This document shows positions 20,710 to 30,413 of a stretch of 64,000 bases of DNA, piece by piece. The DNA is taken from the NCBI GenBank assembly GCA_946560015.1, contig CAMNUC010000001.1, positions 10,570 through 74,569 of the forward strand, written 5' to 3'. The DNA comes from an uncultured Candidatus Saccharibacteria bacterium. Lineage in GTDB: Bacteria; Patescibacteriota; Saccharimonadia; Saccharimonadales; Saccharimonadaceae. Position 1 is the stretch's first letter. The number at the start of each line of letters is the position of its first letter. The position numbers and the translations under genes were made by a program. Under the pieces are notes generated by a model that did not search any database, had not been told where the DNA came from, and saw only the letters and a list, made by a program, of their open reading frames with translations.

Positions 20710-21318
20710 GTGGAGAAAACGCAGTTCTTGGGCGCGATAGGGTTGGCTGTAGCTATAGGTGTGAGTGGGGCGAGCCTGAATAGTGGCATGTGTGAAGCGA
20801 TGGCTGAAAATGAGAATACGAATTTGACGGCTGCTGTGGTAAGAGCAGAGGGTGCAAGAGAGTATGCTATGCAACACCCATCGGAGAAATATCCTGGTTT
20901 TGTGAAATATATTGATAGATTGTTGGGTCATGCGAAAGCGGATGTTGTCGAGGATGAGGAGGAACTAATTAGGGCTTTGGATGATGCGGCAATAGCGGTG
21001 GAGCTTGTGTTGGGTAGTGAAGCGAAGGCGAAGGTGGCGCAGACGAATATAGGTACTGAGACTACAAATGTTAAAGAACCGATAGACGAGCGTGCGAGCT
21101 TAACGATGATCGTTGATGAGCAGTCTAGTGAGAATAATGATAGCCATGAATCAGTGGAAGGTCTTGTACCAGGCAATGTTGAATTACCGAATACAGGCGA
21201 AACAACTCGACAGGCAGGGATTGGGGAGTTGATCTTGGCGGGGTTGATTGTGGCGGTAGGAACGCTTGGAGCAACAATGGTGATCTTGAGGGATAAAACG
21301 CTAAGCGGTAAGAAGTAA
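20710..21318 (+). CDS. Secreted protein with LPNTG sorting signal
   Basis: Signal peptide; LPNTG + TM + basic tail. Confidence 0.75.
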   Translation: MEKTQFLGAIGLAVAIGVSGASLNSGMCEAMAENENTNLTAAVVRAEGAREYAMQHPSEKYPGFVKYIDRLLGHAKADVVEDEEELIRALDDAAIAVELVLGSEAKAKVAQTNIGTETTNVKEPIDERASLTMIVDEQSSENNDSHESVEGLVPGNVELPNTGETTRQAGIGELILAGLIVAVGTLGATMVILRDKTLSGKK

Positions 21319-21337
21319 CCGAAAATTAATAGTATAA

Positions 21338-21366
21338 GAAAAACCACCGGGAGATCGGTGGTTTTC
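21338..21366. terminator. Bidirectional terminator
   Basis: aaaaccaccg-ggagat-cggtggtttt between convergent genes. Confidence 0.8.
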
Positions 21367-21400
21367 TGGGCTTTGGAGGTTTCGGGTGCTTTTGGAATGA

Positions 21401-22144
21401 TTAGCGAGCGAATTTGCTGAAGCCATCGGCAAGATCGCTGGGAAGAAGAATGACGGTCTTCTGCGATGGGTCGGTGCTGATCTTTTCAAGGGTTTGGAGG
21501 GTGCGGATATTAAGGCCGCCAGGAGTCTGAGCAAGCATGCGAGCGGCTTCGGAGACGGCAGCGGCAGCGGACTTTTCGCCTTCGGCAGAGATGATGGCAG
21601 CGCGACGTTCGCGTTCGGCTTCGGCTTGTTTGGCCATAGCGCGTTTCATGTCGGCGGGGAGTTCAATGTTTTGGAGCTTGACGTTCTCGATGTCGATGCC
21701 CCATTTGTCGGTCTGGGCGTCGACAATTTCGCGGATTTGGGCGGAAATTTCGTCACGTTTGCTGAGAATTTCATCTAGATCGAAATTGCCAGTAACATCG
21801 CGCAGGGCGGTTTGGGCGAAAGTGCTGGTGGCGTAGGTATAATTGGTGGTTTCGAGGACGGCTTTGGCAGCGTCTAGGACACGGAAGTAGACAATGGCGT
21901 CAACATTGACGGTGACGTTGTCACGAGTAATGACTTCTTGTTTGGGGATGTCCATCGGAGTGGTACGGACATCAACTTTGACCATGCGGTCGATGTAGGG
22001 AATAATGATGCGGAAGCCTGGTTTGAGAATGCGGGAGAACTTGCCGAGGCGAAGAACGACGCCGCGCTCGTATTGATTGATAATGCGTACGCCAGGGATG
22101 ACGATTAATAAAATGATTGCTAATATAATTATGAGGGCTATCAT
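21401..22144 (-). CDS. SPFH/stomatin-like (slipin) protein
   Basis: YERGVVLRLG, QEVITRDNVTV.VDA, AKQAEAERERRA. Confidence 0.92.
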   Translation of the reverse strand: MIALIIILAIILLIVIPGVRIINQYERGVVLRLGKFSRILKPGFRIIIPYIDRMVKVDVRTTPMDIPKQEVITRDNVTVNVDAIVYFRVLDAAKAVLETTNYTYATSTFAQTALRDVTGNFDLDEILSKRDEISAQIREIVDAQTDKWGIDIENVKLQNIELPADMKRAMAKQAEAERERRAAIISAEGEKSAAAAVSEAARMLAQTPGGLNIRTLQTLEKISTDPSQKTVILLPSDLADGFSKFAR

Positions 22145-22244
22145 AGTGGTTCCTGTTTAACTCTTGTTAAGTTAATTATAACATAATGATAAATATATAA
22201 TAAAACTAGCTAAAGTTAGAAAGTTCTTATGGTATAATGGTGGT

Positions 22245-22814
22245 ATGAAGAAATTGATTGTGAAAAGTCAATTGAGGGACCGGGAAGCATTAGACCAGCA
22301 ATTAGCTAATATTGGCATGGAGCTTTCGCCGGTGATTTGGCAGCATGAGCGAGTGTATTTGCCGCATGATTATCGTCCAGCGATGAATTATCCACGGTTG
22401 GTGATGCGAACTGAGGTGCGAGCAACTGATCAGCCAGCTATCTACTCAATGTATCTGAAGCGACACATTGAAGATAGTGGAGTGGATTGGTTGAACTATA
22501 CAGAAGTGAAAGACTATACAGAGGCATCTGGCATGATACACCAGTTGGGATTCCGGAAGGTGGCGGAGGTGAGTAGGCAGAGGCAGGAGCTGTGGCTAGA
22601 CGATAAGATGGTGATCTATGTGGACAAAGTAGAGGGGTTGGATAACTATTATATTAAGCTGGAGGCGGAGCTGATGGAGGGGGAATCGGTGGACATGCTG
22701 CGGCGGGATTTGTTTGGGATTTTGCAGATGTTGGGGCAGGAGACGTTTATTATGCAGGCGTATTTTGACCTAATGCAGAACCAAGAGCAGCCGTATTTTA
22801 TACCAGAGGGGTGA
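22245..22814 (+). CDS. CYTH-domain protein
   Basis: LGF..V.EV...R, VDKVEGL...LE.E pattern; EXEXK motif degenerate. Confidence 0.7.
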   Translation: MKKLIVKSQLRDREALDQQLANIGMELSPVIWQHERVYLPHDYRPAMNYPRLVMRTEVRATDQPAIYSMYLKRHIEDSGVDWLNYTEVKDYTEASGMIHQLGFRKVAEVSRQRQELWLDDKMVIYVDKVEGLDNYYIKLEAELMEGESVDMLRRDLFGILQMLGQETFIMQAYFDLMQNQEQPYFIPEG

Positions 22815-22959
22815 GAGTTTTCTCTTGTTTTGCGTGGGGGAATGTGAAAAATTTTGGCAAAAAGCATGGTTGACGCATGGAAAAAGCTTATGTATAATTA
22901 TTGCTAGGAGATCAAGATTATATAAAAATTAAAGACAAAATAAAGGAGAATCATTTATT

Positions 22960-23640
22960 ATGTCAAATATGACAAAAGCTATTGCTGTGCTTGGCGTGGT
23001 TGCTGGGCTCGGTGTAGCGGCGTTGCCGTTGAGCACTTATGCTGCGCCAACTAAGATCGAGGGCACTGCTGAAAATGAAGGCGATCCGTTAAGCGCTAGT
23101 AAAGATGTTCAGGTGCAGTTGAAGCTTGATGAGAGTCTTTCGATGTATGTGACGAATGAAGCTGGCGATGCAGATGTGACTACTCCGGTAGCTTTGAACG
23201 AGAATACAGATACTACAGCAAATTATCAAGCTGCACCTATTGCTATCAAAGTGATTGCGAATAATGCGCAGGGTTATCACTTGACTATTCATGGTTCCGC
23301 TAATGACACGTTGACTGGCGCTACTGGAACCGTTGCGACTTCGTTGACTAATGCTAAAGGCACCCAGATTGAGGCTGGTGACTTGACCAGCACAAGTGCT
23401 TCGCAATGGGGCTATAAGGTATTGAAGGGCGCTGCTGGGTCAGTGATTGATGCGACTTGGAATGGCGTACCGGCAGAAGCTGCCGCTGCGGAAATTGATG
23501 GAGCTAAGGTTCCAACTGGCGCTGCTGGTAACACGACTAAGGTTACCTTTGGTGCGCATGTGCTAGATACGCAAGAATCGGGTATCTATAATGGGCAGGT
23601 TACCTTTACGGCTACTGCTGGTTTGAAAGCTGGTGCTTAG
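22960..23640 (+). CDS. Secreted beta-rich surface protein (WxL-like)
   Basis: Signal peptide, Ala/Thr-rich, WGY, C-terminal G.Y...VTFTA. Confidence 0.65.
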   Translation: MSNMTKAIAVLGVVAGLGVAALPLSTYAAPTKIEGTAENEGDPLSASKDVQVQLKLDESLSMYVTNEAGDADVTTPVALNENTDTTANYQAAPIAIKVIANNAQGYHLTIHGSANDTLTGATGTVATSLTNAKGTQIEAGDLTSTSASQWGYKVLKGAAGSVIDATWNGVPAEAAAAEIDGAKVPTGAAGNTTKVTFGAHVLDTQESGIYNGQVTFTATAGLKAGA

Positions 23641-23738
23641 TCAGTAAAAGGCGGGCAAATATCGCTTCTTTGGGAGCGATATTTTTGCTTGTGTTTTTGA
23701 GACGCTAATGTATAATAGGTAGCAAGTTAAGGAGGCAA

Positions 23739-24662
23739 ATGAGAAGGTTTAGTAAATTATTGGTGCTATTGGCGGTAGTAATGACGTTTTGCGGAGTTAG
23801 TTTTTTTGGTGCGAATGTGTCTGCTGCGGAAACGGTGGAGCATCATCTTGGAGTTACGCCGACACAGAGTGACCTTGGCACAATTGAACCGGGCAAAAGT
23901 TACTCAAGTAGTTTCAAGATTAAGAATCGCGGGAGCTCGGCTTCGGAGTATGAGATTGATTTTGCTCCTTATAGTGTGCGGGGTGAGAGATATGAGCCAG
24001 TCTATGGCGAGGAATCGGTATATACTGAGATAGCAAGTTGGATTAACGTTTCTAAGGGGAGCGGAGAGTTGTTAGCTGGAGCCGAGGAAGAAATAACTTT
24101 TACAGTACAAGTGCCTGAGAATGCACATGGTGGAGCACAGAGTGCTATTATTGTGATTAGGCTTAAGAATGATGGTCAGTCTTCTGGTACAGCGGTAAAT
24201 ACTGTGCAGCAGCTGGGTTATATTGTTTTTGGCAATGTTGATGGTGAAATTACAAAAACTGGTAAAGTGTTGGAAAATAAGGTGCCGAGTTTCTTGTTTA
24301 ACCCGCCAATAATGGGAACTTCAGTGGTGGAGAATACTGGAAATGTGTATACGGTAGCAAAATATACTTTGCAGGTGTTCCCGTTGTTTAGTGATGAGGA
24401 GGTATACACTAATGAGGAAGAGCCGGAAGATAACGTAATCTTTCCAGAAACAAAGCGTTACAATGAAGTTACTTGGGAGGGGGCGCCGCATTTGGGAATA
24501 TTTAAAGTGCGCCAGACTGTGAAAATTTTTGATGATGAAAGTGTGACGGAGAAAATTGTGTTCTTGTGTCCATTATGGTTTCTATTCATCGTGTTGCTGC
24601 TGATTTTCTTAACTATCTTCTGGATTGTAAGCCGGGTGTTTAAGCGGAAGAGGGAAGCATAG
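23739..24662 (+). CDS. Surface protein resembling DUF916/DUF3324 (WxL-interacting) proteins
   Basis: Signal peptide, F.IKN.G, V.VPENA.GG, VENTGNV, C-terminal TM + basic tail. Confidence 0.65.
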   Translation: MRRFSKLLVLLAVVMTFCGVSFFGANVSAAETVEHHLGVTPTQSDLGTIEPGKSYSSSFKIKNRGSSASEYEIDFAPYSVRGERYEPVYGEESVYTEIASWINVSKGSGELLAGAEEEITFTVQVPENAHGGAQSAIIVIRLKNDGQSSGTAVNTVQQLGYIVFGNVDGEITKTGKVLENKVPSFLFNPPIMGTSVVENTGNVYTVAKYTLQVFPLFSDEEVYTNEEEPEDNVIFPETKRYNEVTWEGAPHLGIFKVRQTVKIFDDESVTEKIVFLCPLWFLFIVLLLIFLTIFWIVSRVFKRKREA

Positions 24663-24820
24663 AAGCTTACTTGGGTGAGAAGAAAATCTGCAGATAGGGC
24701 TAAGACCTCATTTGCTTGTGCAGGGAGTGGAGAGCGTATTCAGCGCTTGCCAAACAGGGAAGATTGTAGTAAAATGATATAAAGACAGAATTGTTTATTG
24801 ACATTAAAAGGAGTTATTTT

Positions 24821-25474
24821 ATGGCATATCAATTAGTATTAAATGAGCGTGCTGAGCAGGGTCATAAGGCTAAGTCTTTGCGCGAGGCTGGACTTGTTAC
24901 TTCCGTGGTTTATGGTGCGGGTGAACCAGTTTTGACGAGTTCGGCTTATAATGAGACCGAAAAGGTCTTGAACGAAGCGGGTTATCATTCACCAATAGAG
25001 TTGACAATTGACGGTGCAAAGCAACTTGCGATTGTAAAGAATGTAGGTGTGAATCCGGTAAGTCGCCGCATTATGAATGTAGAGTTTCAGGCGGTGTCAG
25101 CTGATGAGATCGTGGAAGCAACTACGCCAATTGCGATTGTGGACTTTGATAAGTCGGACGCAGCGAAATTACATTATACTATCTTGCAGGTGCTGGAAGA
25201 GGTTGATGTAAAGGCGAAGCCATCTGATTTACCAAAGGAATTGGTAGTGGATGGTAGTAAGCTGGCAACACTTGAAGACAAATTGACAGTGGCAGATTTG
25301 CAGTTGCCAAATGGGGTGGAATTGGTGGATCGCGAACTCGCTCCAGAAACAGTGGTTGCAAACGTCTATGATCCAGCGGCAGAAGCTGCGGCACGCGAGG
25401 CGGAAGAAACCCAAACTGAGCCAGTGGCGCCAGCTGAGGGAGAGGCGTCAGCTGAAGAAGCAAAAACTGAATAG
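24821..25474 (+). CDS. rplY: 50S ribosomal protein L25/Ctc
   Basis: LR..G...SVVYG, P......VEF, LP....VD.S.L, acidic tail; AAGGAG RBS. Confidence 0.9.
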   Translation: MAYQLVLNERAEQGHKAKSLREAGLVTSVVYGAGEPVLTSSAYNETEKVLNEAGYHSPIELTIDGAKQLAIVKNVGVNPVSRRIMNVEFQAVSADEIVEATTPIAIVDFDKSDAAKLHYTILQVLEEVDVKAKPSDLPKELVVDGSKLATLEDKLTVADLQLPNGVELVDRELAPETVVANVYDPAAEAAAREAEETQTEPVAPAEGEASAEEAKTE

Positions 25475-25713
25475 CGGAATAATTCGTATCGAGTTGATGA
25501 GTAAAGACCCCCATATGGGGGTCTTTTGTGGCATGGCGAGCTAGTTGTATCTAGCATGGAGATTTTGAGATATGTGTGATATGTAGCGGCATGAGATGAA
25601 TCGCATGAATGTGCAAAATCTTGCAAAAAAGTGTTGACATTCAGCTTATGATTTGCGATAATGAAGTAAAGATATAGTTAAAACAAATATCAAAAAGAAG
25701 GACATAAAACAAA

Positions 25714-26598
25714 ATGAAACTAAATAAAAAGTCGAAGACTGGCGTAGTTGGTTTGTCGAGTTTCTTTGCGTTGCTCGCAGTTTTGGGCACGGCGGTAGCG
25801 TGTCCTTCGGCAAGCATGATGGCGTCAGCGGCGACAGAACAGTCACTAAAAATTGATTTTAGCTTGGAGAGCTTGTCGACAACGAAGTTGACGATTGACT
25901 TCTTCTTGGCGAATGGTAATCCAGATTATGTAACGTTTTTCAAGCAGTTGGGTATTGACTTCTTATTGAACTCTTCAATTTCGATGACGATGGACAAGAA
26001 CACTGTATCAGCGACGGTAGACCCAGTGTCGACGACGGCAAACTTTGTTTCTGCCTATCAGGATCTAAGCGTGACGACGAATGGCGCAGAGGGTGTGTCG
26101 GTGTATGTCTATAGCACTGATGGTGAAACGGCGATGATTAGTGGGACAAACAAGATTCCGACTTTAAGTAGTGCAGTAGGCCAAGCAAACTTTACTTCGG
26201 ATCGGTGGGGATATAGCTTGACGACGCAAGATGGGTATAATAGCGCCAACTTGCAATATAAGGGATTAGCGACGGCTGCAGTGCAGGGTGGAGCAGATTA
26301 CACAAAGGCAGGTGCTGGAAGCAATAACTTGCGTCTTACCTTTGGTGCGAAGGTGAGTATGGATGGTGCAGCGGGTACTTATACGCGTGATGTGCGTTTG
26401 AATGCGGTATCTCCTGCGGAAGTACCGGCGATGATTAGTGAAGCACGCAATAAAATCAATCAGTATATTGAAACTTCTCTTGAGAATGATCCAGAGCTAA
26501 AGGCTGAAGTGGAAGCGCGTAAGGCTGCAAACGGTGGACAAAATCTAGATATGGCTGGTGAATTCATCGGGTCTATGGTGAATGAGGATCAGGAGTAA
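25714..26598 (+). CDS. Secreted surface protein, paralogous to 22960..23640
   Basis: Signal-like N-terminus; shared WGY, TFGA.V and G.Y motifs. Confidence 0.65.
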   Translation: MKLNKKSKTGVVGLSSFFALLAVLGTAVACPSASMMASAATEQSLKIDFSLESLSTTKLTIDFFLANGNPDYVTFFKQLGIDFLLNSSISMTMDKNTVSATVDPVSTTANFVSAYQDLSVTTNGAEGVSVYVYSTDGETAMISGTNKIPTLSSAVGQANFTSDRWGYSLTTQDGYNSANLQYKGLATAAVQGGADYTKAGAGSNNLRLTFGAKVSMDGAAGTYTRDVRLNAVSPAEVPAMISEARNKINQYIETSLENDPELKAEVEARKAANGGQNLDMAGEFIGSMVNEDQE

Positions 26599-26626
26599 GA
26601 TTATAGCTTAAAGAATCTTGATTTAA

Positions 26627-26652
26627 AAAGAGCCCCTTGCGAGGGGTTCTTT
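26627..26652. terminator. Bidirectional terminator
   Basis: aagagcccc-ttgcga-ggggttctt. Confidence 0.8.
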
Positions 26653-26788
26653 GGATGGAATAGAGTTTTTGACATTGCCCATCAAAATACTGAGCCTTAA
26701 AGTATAAACTTTATGCTTATATTTCTATTGTATCACACGTTAGTATTTTTGTCAATACCTAGTGGGGCATTTGATAATTAAAAATGAA

Positions 26789-28633
26789 TTAACGGAGATA
26801 ACGAAGAGCGTCAACGTTATTTTCGAGATGGCGCTTGAGGGCGGCTTGAGCAGAGCGGATTTTGGTCTTGTCGCCTTTCCATGTGAGCATAACAGGTTCT
26901 TGCAAGGCACGACCAAAGGCGAAGCTGATAGGCCAAGGGAAGGGTGTGTTCTGACAAATGGCAGTGAAATTAGTAGTGGCGACTTTGCTGTCTTGCCCGC
27001 CGCTGAGGAAGAGGACGCCGCCGGTGTATTTAGAAACGGCGTGTTTAAGAATGGCTGCAGTGGCCATGCCGATAGCATCTGAAGTGGCTGGAGTTGAGTT
27101 GTCTTTGCCGTTTATGATCATGTTGGTTTTAAGGATGCAAGCTTTGAGGTCGACGCGGCGTTGTTCGAGTTTGTCAAAAATGGCAGTAAGGATACGATTG
27201 GTAGTAGCAGCGGATTGTTCGATGGTGTAATCGCCATCTTGGAGGATATCAGATTCGATAATCGGAACTATACCAGCAAGCTGGCATTCTTTGGCAAAGC
27301 TAGCAAGAAGCTCGGCGTTTTTTTCGACAGCGATGAAGCTGGGTTGGTCTTTGGCGATGCGGAATTCGGCGCGCCATTTAGCAAAACGGAATCCGTCAGC
27401 ATAAGCAGCACGCATGCGGTCAAAAAGAGTGCTGATGCCGAGAGTGTAGTATTCACCGGTTTCAGGAAGTTCGGCGAGACCTTGGTCGGCTTTGAGGCCT
27501 GGGATGATACCGCGATTAGTGAGATAGTTAATGACGTGTTGACGATCGATTTTTTGTTTGGCGCTTTCAGCACTTAAGATAATACCACTTAGGAAACGCT
27601 CGATATCTGGTGAGGTGAAGATAATTTCACGGAAAGTTTGACGATGCTTGGCGTTGCCGGGGATGCCGGCTTTGGCGAGGCGGGCGGTGAGTTTTTGCTC
27701 GGATTCGTCCATGGCAAGGATGCCTTTTTTGGGGGCCATGATAAGCTGGGTAGTGTACTGGAGATTCTGGCGTTTTTCGCGTTCTTCAATGGCAAGGGAT
27801 TGGAGTTTTTTTGCAGAGAGGGAACCAGCAATGGTGGCTTTTTCGGCGTTGATACGTGCCCAAAGGACGGCGTCGGCAGGAGAGCCACCAACAGAGATAA
27901 CACCAAGAATAGTAGCGACGATGGTGGAGTAAACAGTAAGGTGAGTCATCATGTCGGTTTTACTGAGCGACCAACTTTCTTCGGCGTCGCCAAAAATGAT
28001 TTTGCGAGGGCTAATGTGACAAACAAGCTGTTTGTTAGTAGGGGTAACTTCGATTTTGTCGACGATCTCAACGGGTGGATGCATAGGCGGCTCGTCTTCA
28101 AGGAAGACGACGTCGGCCATATCCTTAAGCTGTTGGCCTGCAGGTGTAGTGTGCTTTTCGGTGTGAACAGCGAGCTTGGTGGTGGGAGAGAACTTAAGGA
28201 AATTTTTGAGCTCTTCGACGAGTTTGTTGGAGGCGGTAGTGGAGCGGTCGATGAGGATCCACTCAGGGGTGCCACTGGGCATGGACCAATCGGTCTGTTT
28301 GCGGTTGGAAGGCACGAAGTAGGCAATTTCGTCTTTGTGGCAGAAGATATAGCGATAATCATCGGGCTGGTCAAGCCAAGTAACTTCACCATCTTGGAAC
28401 TCGACGCGAGAGTTGAGGATTTCGGAATTGAGCCCTAGACGGTGTAAGACGGCGAACGAGACGGCGGCGCCACCGTAAACGCTAGTGCGTTGGAAGAATT
28501 TGTGTGCGGCACCATTGAAACCAAGATTGAGCCAATCGATGCCTTGCTGATCGGTTTCAAAATCATTGTGGCGATCGTCTAGTTTGATGTAGATGTCTTT
28601 GAGGACATTACCGATGATTAAAATCTTGCTCAT
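26789..28633 (-). CDS. Fusion of a degenerate PfkB-like domain and class I fructose-bisphosphate aldolase
   Basis: N-terminal ILIIGNV..D and YGGAA; C-terminal GILAMDES, K.D.G, FAKWR, LKTNM (Schiff-base Lys), FLSGGQ, FGRALQ. Confidence 0.85.
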   Translation of the reverse strand: MSKILIIGNVLKDIYIKLDDRHNDFETDQQGIDWLNLGFNGAAHKFFQRTSVYGGAAVSFAVLHRLGLNSEILNSRVEFQDGEVTWLDQPDDYRYIFCHKDEIAYFVPSNRKQTDWSMPSGTPEWILIDRSTTASNKLVEELKNFLKFSPTTKLAVHTEKHTTPAGQQLKDMADVVFLEDEPPMHPPVEIVDKIEVTPTNKQLVCHISPRKIIFGDAEESWSLSKTDMMTHLTVYSTIVATILGVISVGGSPADAVLWARINAEKATIAGSLSAKKLQSLAIEEREKRQNLQYTTQLIMAPKKGILAMDESEQKLTARLAKAGIPGNAKHRQTFREIIFTSPDIERFLSGIILSAESAKQKIDRQHVINYLTNRGIIPGLKADQGLAELPETGEYYTLGISTLFDRMRAAYADGFRFAKWRAEFRIAKDQPSFIAVEKNAELLASFAKECQLAGIVPIIESDILQDGDYTIEQSAATTNRILTAIFDKLEQRRVDLKACILKTNMIINGKDNSTPATSDAIGMATAAILKHAVSKYTGGVLFLSGGQDSKVATTNFTAICQNTPFPWPISFAFGRALQEPVMLTWKGDKTKIRSAQAALKRHLENNVDALRYLR

Positions 28634-28696
28634 GTATTAATTATACCATAACCTTTAGTACTTAGAGAGGTGCTGATCTTAGTAATTAAGCGTTGT

Positions 28697-29917
28697 TTAG
28701 CCGCGGGGAGGTTCTCCGGTGGGTTCGGAAAGGAGCTTCTTGGATTTGATTTCGTAACGCCGACCATTGACTGGGGAGATGAAGTAATCTTCACTCAAGA
28801 GATTGACAAACATGGTAAGATCTTTGTCGTCCATGATGATAATAGAACCGTCGTCGTCGGTCATGAGCTCGAGTTGCATATCGTCGGCGTAATCGACGAG
28901 TTTGTCTTGGGGCATTTCTTCGGCAATGTCGAGGGCTTGGAGTTTTTTGATGAGGGGCTTTTTGTCTTGGAGCAGAGTGTTGAGGGTTAAGCCTTCGGCA
29001 AAGGATAACTTGTATTTGTCGGTGATTTCTTTGGCTTTTTCGTCGGCGATGGCTTGGGATTTATAGTCATATTGGAAGAGATTTTCGAATTTGGATTGGT
29101 TGAAAATTACTACAGTGCCGTCGATGATGGCGACTTGGTTGTCATCGGGCATTTTGAGGGCGACTTCCGCGGAGAATGGTTCAAAACTTTCGCCGTTGAG
29201 TTCCCAGCTGCTGCCGCCTTTGAGGGCGGAAGATGGGGATAAAGCCTTGGCGATGTAAAAGACTTTGGTCTCACCGTCGGCTCCAGGGTAGGAGAACTTG
29301 GCGATGATGCCTTTAACCTTTTTGAATTCGTCGACATGGTCGTTCCAGGAGTCGATGTTGCGGTATTCGTGTTCGATTAGGTGAATGAGGGTCTCGGCGC
29401 GGCCGACATTGGTGAGCTTGGTGCGGTAGATGACTTTGTCTTCGCCGTCGGATTTTTCGTATTCACGACATTCAAGACCTTTGTCGGCTTCCTTAATGAT
29501 ATAGCCGGTGGCTTCTTGCATAAACATAGCCTTAACACTGGCAGTAAGAGCGTCGGAGTAGCGGACGCGGAAAGGGGTGTAATTTTTGTTGAAGAGGAAG
29601 AGCTCGACGGAGACGTTGTTTTTGACTTCGTCGATTTCGTTGGCCCAATGGAAGACGTCGAAAAAATCATCAACGCGATGATACTCGCGGTCGTCGTCGG
29701 CGTCATCTGTGGTGCGAGCAGCGTCAGTGGTGTTGGCGCCGGTGGCGGAGAGGTCGATGGCGGCGTCGGAGGAATCTGTAATGTCGGAGTCAACTGTGCT
29801 AGCACTGGTTGCAGCGCTGGCTACAGTGTCGGTAGTAGGGTCTGTGCTGGCTGTGTCATTCTCGGAGGCCTGGGCTTCGAGAATGTCTTGGTTGGTTTGT
29901 GGTACATCATTATCCAT
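28697..29917 (-). CDS. DUF4868/KwaB-like protein with acidic low-complexity N-terminus
   Basis: IFNQSKFENLFQY and FVNLLSEDYFISPVNGRRYE recalled as DUF4868-like. Confidence 0.65.
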   Translation of the reverse strand: MDNDVPQTNQDILEAQASENDTASTDPTTDTVASAATSASTVDSDITDSSDAAIDLSATGANTTDAARTTDDADDDREYHRVDDFFDVFHWANEIDEVKNNVSVELFLFNKNYTPFRVRYSDALTASVKAMFMQEATGYIIKEADKGLECREYEKSDGEDKVIYRTKLTNVGRAETLIHLIEHEYRNIDSWNDHVDEFKKVKGIIAKFSYPGADGETKVFYIAKALSPSSALKGGSSWELNGESFEPFSAEVALKMPDDNQVAIIDGTVVIFNQSKFENLFQYDYKSQAIADEKAKEITDKYKLSFAEGLTLNTLLQDKKPLIKKLQALDIAEEMPQDKLVDYADDMQLELMTDDDGSIIIMDDKDLTMFVNLLSEDYFISPVNGRRYEIKSKKLLSEPTGEPPRG

Positions 29918-30413
29918 AATATTATTTTACCTCCTCACTTTTCATATATTATAGCGTAAAAGTGGTGAAAGGGGAAGAGTGCGATTTTAACAGGATTTAA
30001 TAGGATTGGCAAGAGTAAGCTACTAGAGAATAACTGTGGCGAAATAATGTTCTTGTTATTCTGTCAATGGTAGGGAGGTGTCGTGTTCGGGTTTGGAGGG
30101 GAATGTTCGGGTAAATGTGAAAATGTGGGGTATTTTGAGCTAATTGCCTCTGTTGTAGCAAGGTAAGCATAAGCTATTGACAAAAATGACAATGTGTGCT
30201 ACAATGGTAACATTGATTCAGCCTATTCATTCTTACAGAACGGTTTTTCTTTCAATGTTGTAAAGGCTCTTGAATTGATTTCGTTATGGCTTCAATCTAA
30301 CTATCTCTATTGTAGCATAAGCAATGCTGTAAGTCAATAGGGAGTCTTTGCAACGTAGTGATAGGACGACTTATTGCTCGTCGCCCTATCTGTTATTGTT
30401 GTGGAAAAGTGTT

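Noticed and set aside
649-29959. Long antisense ORFs (for example 649..1998, 4844..5581, 27638..28438, 29381..29959)
   Set aside because: They shadow well-supported genes on the opposite strand and show no motifs or RBS.
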